Shown piece by piece: positions 10,903 through 13,702 of a stretch of DNA of 13,702 bases. The translations under genes and the position numbers were made by a program. This DNA is from Aquificaceae bacterium (lineage in GTDB: Bacteria > Aquificota > Aquificia > Aquificales > Aquificaceae): positions 38,766 to 52,467 of the forward strand of contig JAXSMZ010000008.1 in NCBI GenBank assembly GCA_037924335.1, in the 5' to 3' direction. Every line of letters starts with the position of its first letter. The stretch's first letter is position 1. Under the pieces are notes generated by a model that was not told where the DNA came from, ran no database searches, and saw only the letters and a program-made list of their open reading frames with translations.

Positions 10903-10931
10903 AATATACCGCAAGATTTCTCCCTTGTCAA
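10903..10931 (-). promoter_or_regulatory. Near-consensus sigma70 promoter
   Basis: TTGACA (10931-10926), a 17-nt spacer and TATATT (10908-10903), with an AT-rich tract upstream. Predicted start ~10895-10896. Confidence 0.8.
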
Positions 10932-10977
10932 GAGGTGAACTTATAAACAATATATCTATATTCTTCTAAAAATTTCT

Positions 10978-10995
10978 ACTAATTTGGTAATTAGT
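10978..10995. repeat. Perfect 7-bp inverted repeat (operator-like or weak hairpin)
   Basis: ACTAATT-tggt-AATTAGT. Confidence 0.45.
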
Positions 10996-11010
10996 TCCTA
11001 ATACTATTCC

Positions 11011-12516
11011 TTACAAGACTTTTACCTCTATCTCGTACAGTTCCCCTTTGTTCTGTATGGGTATGGTGCCTGTTCTTCCGGTAAGAACTAAAAACCTTCC
11101 ATCCTTTGTGAAAACTACAGATTGAATGGCTTCTTCAAGGGAGCCACCCATGAGCTGCTTAAAAAAGATAAGGTCTTTTCTCTGCTCACCCAAAAGGAAA
11201 AGCTCCCCTTTTGAGTACTTTATTATGTCTAAGAACCTCTGGATTTGGCTGCTGTAGTTCCTTATCACAAAAGCTACCCTAAAGCCCAAAAGCTCTCCCA
11301 CAGTACCTTTTGGATTGAAAACATAGTTGATCTTGGCACCGCCAATGGACATCTCCACATAAGAGTAAGAACCTCCAAAGCCCTCATCCGAAGAGAAAAC
11401 CTCGTTGTTTCCATCAAAGATCCTCACTCTGCCAGAAGAATCTGTAAACACAAGATAGTTTCCATAATAAAAGGCACTATCTACTCTAAAACCCCTTGGT
11501 GCTGGAAAAACTCCAACTTCTTTGATTCCATCCCTACCTAGAGATAGTCTGACAACCTTTCCTAACCTGTTTTCAAAGTCGAAGCTCTGTCCCATAAAGG
11601 TCTCTTTAGGTCTGCTCTTGTCAAGTATACCCATTATGTAAGGTATGTCTCCTTGTACTGGCAGAAGGCTATCCCCCACCATCTTCAATATGAGTGAGCT
11701 TGCTTTATCTCCCGATATCATATTGACTGTTATGAGGTCTTTCTCCTCTTGTCCTATCCTACCAACAGATACAGAAACAGGTGTGCCAGCAGGTAAAGAG
11801 TAACTTGCCCTTCTTACTATATCGTTCTTTAAAAGTTCATAAACTTCCACCTTCCCCGAGTAAAGGACCACAAGATAGTCCTTACCGTTACCCATAAGGT
11901 CGCCAACGTCCGCAGATATGGGTATGGAGGGAAGGGATTTTACAAACTTACTTCGAGCTAAAAGCTTAAGGTCCTGCACGCTCGCTTTTTGCAGGGATAC
12001 GCTCGTTTGGCTAATTGGGTAAAAAGCTACAGGTGAGTTCATGAACTCAATGCCGTAACCATCCTTAAACTCTTTGACTGTGTAAGTGCAGCCACTACCC
12101 TTTTTTAGTCCATCAACGAAAGAACTAACCTTAAAAAAGCCCTCATCGGAACCCTCGTAGCATACGCTCGGTGTCAGAAGTTCTACCCTATCCCCAACTT
12201 TTACATCTTTACCCTCCGTTATCCTCGCCTCTGAGAAGTTTTCGTAAACCTTATCCACCCTTAACTTACCAATTACAGAGCTTTCCCTTCCTAATACCTT
12301 TCCAGTTATTGGGTGGATAACCTCTTTTCCTTCCCTCTTAACGATAAACTCTTCTCCTTCTTTCACCTGACCCTTACCCATATCGATAAAAGCTTCGTCT
12401 TTTTCTACTTTAATCACAAAGCCTGTTCTTGAAAAGAATTTCTTTATCCCTTCCTCAAAGCTTTGGGCAAAGGAAAAAGACGCGATAAAAAGAACGATCA
12501 AGCTAACTTTTCGCAT
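11011..12516 (-). CDS. Secreted hypothetical protein: signal peptide, FlgT C-terminal-like domain, FG-GAP/VCBS-like beta-propeller region
   Basis: 501-aa ORF with SD GGAGG and signal peptide [22 protein letters not shown]...[23 protein letters not shown] resembles FlgT_C-like modules. [15 protein letters not shown] resembles an FG-GAP/VCBS repeat. The ORF is solid; domain calls are by eye. Confidence 0.75.
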   Translation of the reverse strand: MRKVSLIVLFIASFSFAQSFEEGIKKFFSRTGFVIKVEKDEAFIDMGKGQVKEGEEFIVKREGKEVIHPITGKVLGRESSVIGKLRVDKVYENFSEARITEGKDVKVGDRVELLTPSVCYEGSDEGFFKVSSFVDGLKKGSGCTYTVKEFKDGYGIEFMNSPVAFYPISQTSVSLQKASVQDLKLLARSKFVKSLPSIPISADVGDLMGNGKDYLVVLYSGKVEVYELLKNDIVRRASYSLPAGTPVSVSVGRIGQEEKDLITVNMISGDKASSLILKMVGDSLLPVQGDIPYIMGILDKSRPKETFMGQSFDFENRLGKVVRLSLGRDGIKEVGVFPAPRGFRVDSAFYYGNYLVFTDSSGRVRIFDGNNEVFSSDEGFGGSYSYVEMSIGGAKINYVFNPKGTVGELLGFRVAFVIRNYSSQIQRFLDIIKYSKGELFLLGEQRKDLIFFKQLMGGSLEEAIQSVVFTKDGRFLVLTGRTGTIPIQNKGELYEIEVKVL

Positions 12517-13592
12517 AGCTCCTCCAAAGAAATTATTAGAGCTTGTGTGATCTCCTTTGTACCTACCTTCCTTGTCCCCTCAGTGTATATATCTGGGGTT
12601 CTGTAGCCTTTTCTGAGTACATCTTCAACGGACCTCTCTATAAGTTCTGCCTCCTCTTTTAAGTTTAAGGAGTATCTGAGCATCATTGCAACAGAGAGTA
12701 TTGTGGCTATAGGGTTTGCTATGCCCTTTCCTGCTATGTCTGGCGCTGAACCATGAACTGGTTCATAGAGAGCATGTTTTTCTCCCATGCTCGCCGAAGG
12801 TAGCATACCAAGGCTTCCCGTAAGAACAGCAGCCTCGTCTGATAGTATATCTCCAAATATGTTTCCAGTGACAATGACGTCAAAGGTGGAAGGTCTCCTT
12901 ATCATCTGCATGGCACAGTTGTCTACGTACAGATGCTCCAGCTCTACATCTGGATAGTTTTTTCTTTCTTCTTCCACTACATCCCTCCAAAGGGAGCTAA
13001 CTTCCAGCACGTTGGATTTGTCTACGCTCGTGAGCTTTTTTCTTCTATTTCTTGCCAACTCAAAGGCCTTTCTAACAACTCTCCTTATTTCATCCTCTGT
13101 GTACCTCATAGTGTTTATTCCCACTCTTTTTCCATCCTCCATAAAGATACCCCTAGGCTGACCATAATAAACATCACCCGTTAGTTCCCTCACAACTATA
13201 AAGTCAGTCCCCTTTACTATATCGTCCTTGAGCGGGGATGAATGAACCAATGGCTCATAAACTTTTGCTGGCCTTATGTTGGCATAAAGGTCTAAAGCCT
13301 TCCTTATACCAAGGAGTCCCTTCTCCGGTCTTTTTTCTGTAGGTAGGTTATCCCACTTGGGACCACCCACAGCACCAAGCAATACAGCATCAGACATAAG
13401 ACAGATTTCAACTGTTTTTTGGGGTAACGGAGTTCCCTCTCTGTCTATGGCAGAACCACCTATGAGACCTTCCTCAAAAACAAAACTATGGTTAAACAGG
13501 TACCCTACCTTTTTGAGAACCTCTATGGCAGAATCAACGATCTCAGGTCCTATTCCATCTCCTTTCAAAACGGCTATCTCAAAACTTGACAT
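12498..13592 (-). CDS. leuB: 3-isopropylmalate dehydrogenase
   Basis: [52 protein letters not shown] and [20 protein letters not shown]. Confidence 0.98.
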   Translation of the reverse strand: MSSFEIAVLKGDGIGPEIVDSAIEVLKKVGYLFNHSFVFEEGLIGGSAIDREGTPLPQKTVEICLMSDAVLLGAVGGPKWDNLPTEKRPEKGLLGIRKALDLYANIRPAKVYEPLVHSSPLKDDIVKGTDFIVVRELTGDVYYGQPRGIFMEDGKRVGINTMRYTEDEIRRVVRKAFELARNRRKKLTSVDKSNVLEVSSLWRDVVEEERKNYPDVELEHLYVDNCAMQMIRRPSTFDVIVTGNIFGDILSDEAAVLTGSLGMLPSASMGEKHALYEPVHGSAPDIAGKGIANPIATILSVAMMLRYSLNLKEEAELIERSVEDVLRKGYRTPDIYTEGTRKVGTKEITQALIISLEELCEKLA

Positions 13593-13599
13593 ATTGAGT

Positions 13600-13605
13600 A
13601 TTATA
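13600..13605 (-). promoter_or_regulatory. -10 box for leaderless-type leuB transcript
   Basis: TATAAT followed by 7 nt and the leuB ATG. No SD. Confidence 0.65.
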
Positions 13606-13650
13606 AAACTGTAATTTTTGAAAAATGTGAAACACCCCCACCTTGATTAT

Positions 13651-13690
13651 GGGACATACAGGGACATAGCGGAACATAAAGAAACACAAG
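13651..13690. repeat. Four degenerate tandem 10-bp direct repeats
   Basis: GGGACATACA, GGGACATAGC, GGAACATAAA and GAAACACAAG (core GRRACAYA) at exact 10-nt spacing. Confidence 0.7.
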
Positions 13691-13702
13691 GCTTTGACGC
13701 AT

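Noticed and set aside
10891..11002. CRISPR-repeat-like fragments: ATTGAAAC (minus, 10898-10891) and GTTCCTAAT (10994-11002)
   Set aside because: There is no repeat-spacer periodicity, no full repeat and no cas genes. Matches of 8-9 nt are expected by chance, and the predicted TSS probably falls inside the 8-mer. Worth revisiting only if RACE puts the 5' end exactly at 10898.
13586..13615. Plus-strand TTGACA-18-TGTAAT promoter-like motif
   Set aside because: TTGACA is simply the reverse complement of the leuB start (ATG TCA A), and the -10 candidate lacks the critical A at its second position.

Overview
Gene-dense core-genome window from a thermophilic bacterium, most likely Aquificaceae (Hydrogenobacter/Thermocrinis-like). 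This is inferred from protein style, AGA/AGG/ATA codon use and scattered housekeeping genes. Order: 3' end of dnaN (+), a disrupted SIMPL/DUF541-like gene (+), gcvPB (-), gltX-murG-glyQ-kdsA (+), purF (-), lysS (+), ridA and yebC (-), a 333-bp intergenic region, a secreted beta-propeller-type protein (-) and leuB (-). No tRNA, rRNA, CRISPR array, transposase or integrase is visible. The most notable signal is a ~165-nt highly structured RNA (5' hairpin plus four-way junction, ~10730-10896, minus strand) behind a near-consensus sigma70 promoter, upstream of yebC; I cannot assign it to a known family. Other signals: seven genes with a -10 box 6-9 nt before the ATG and no Shine-Dalgarno (leaderless-type starts), a LysRS with a tandem-duplicated OB-fold, and four phased 10-bp direct repeats at the right edge.
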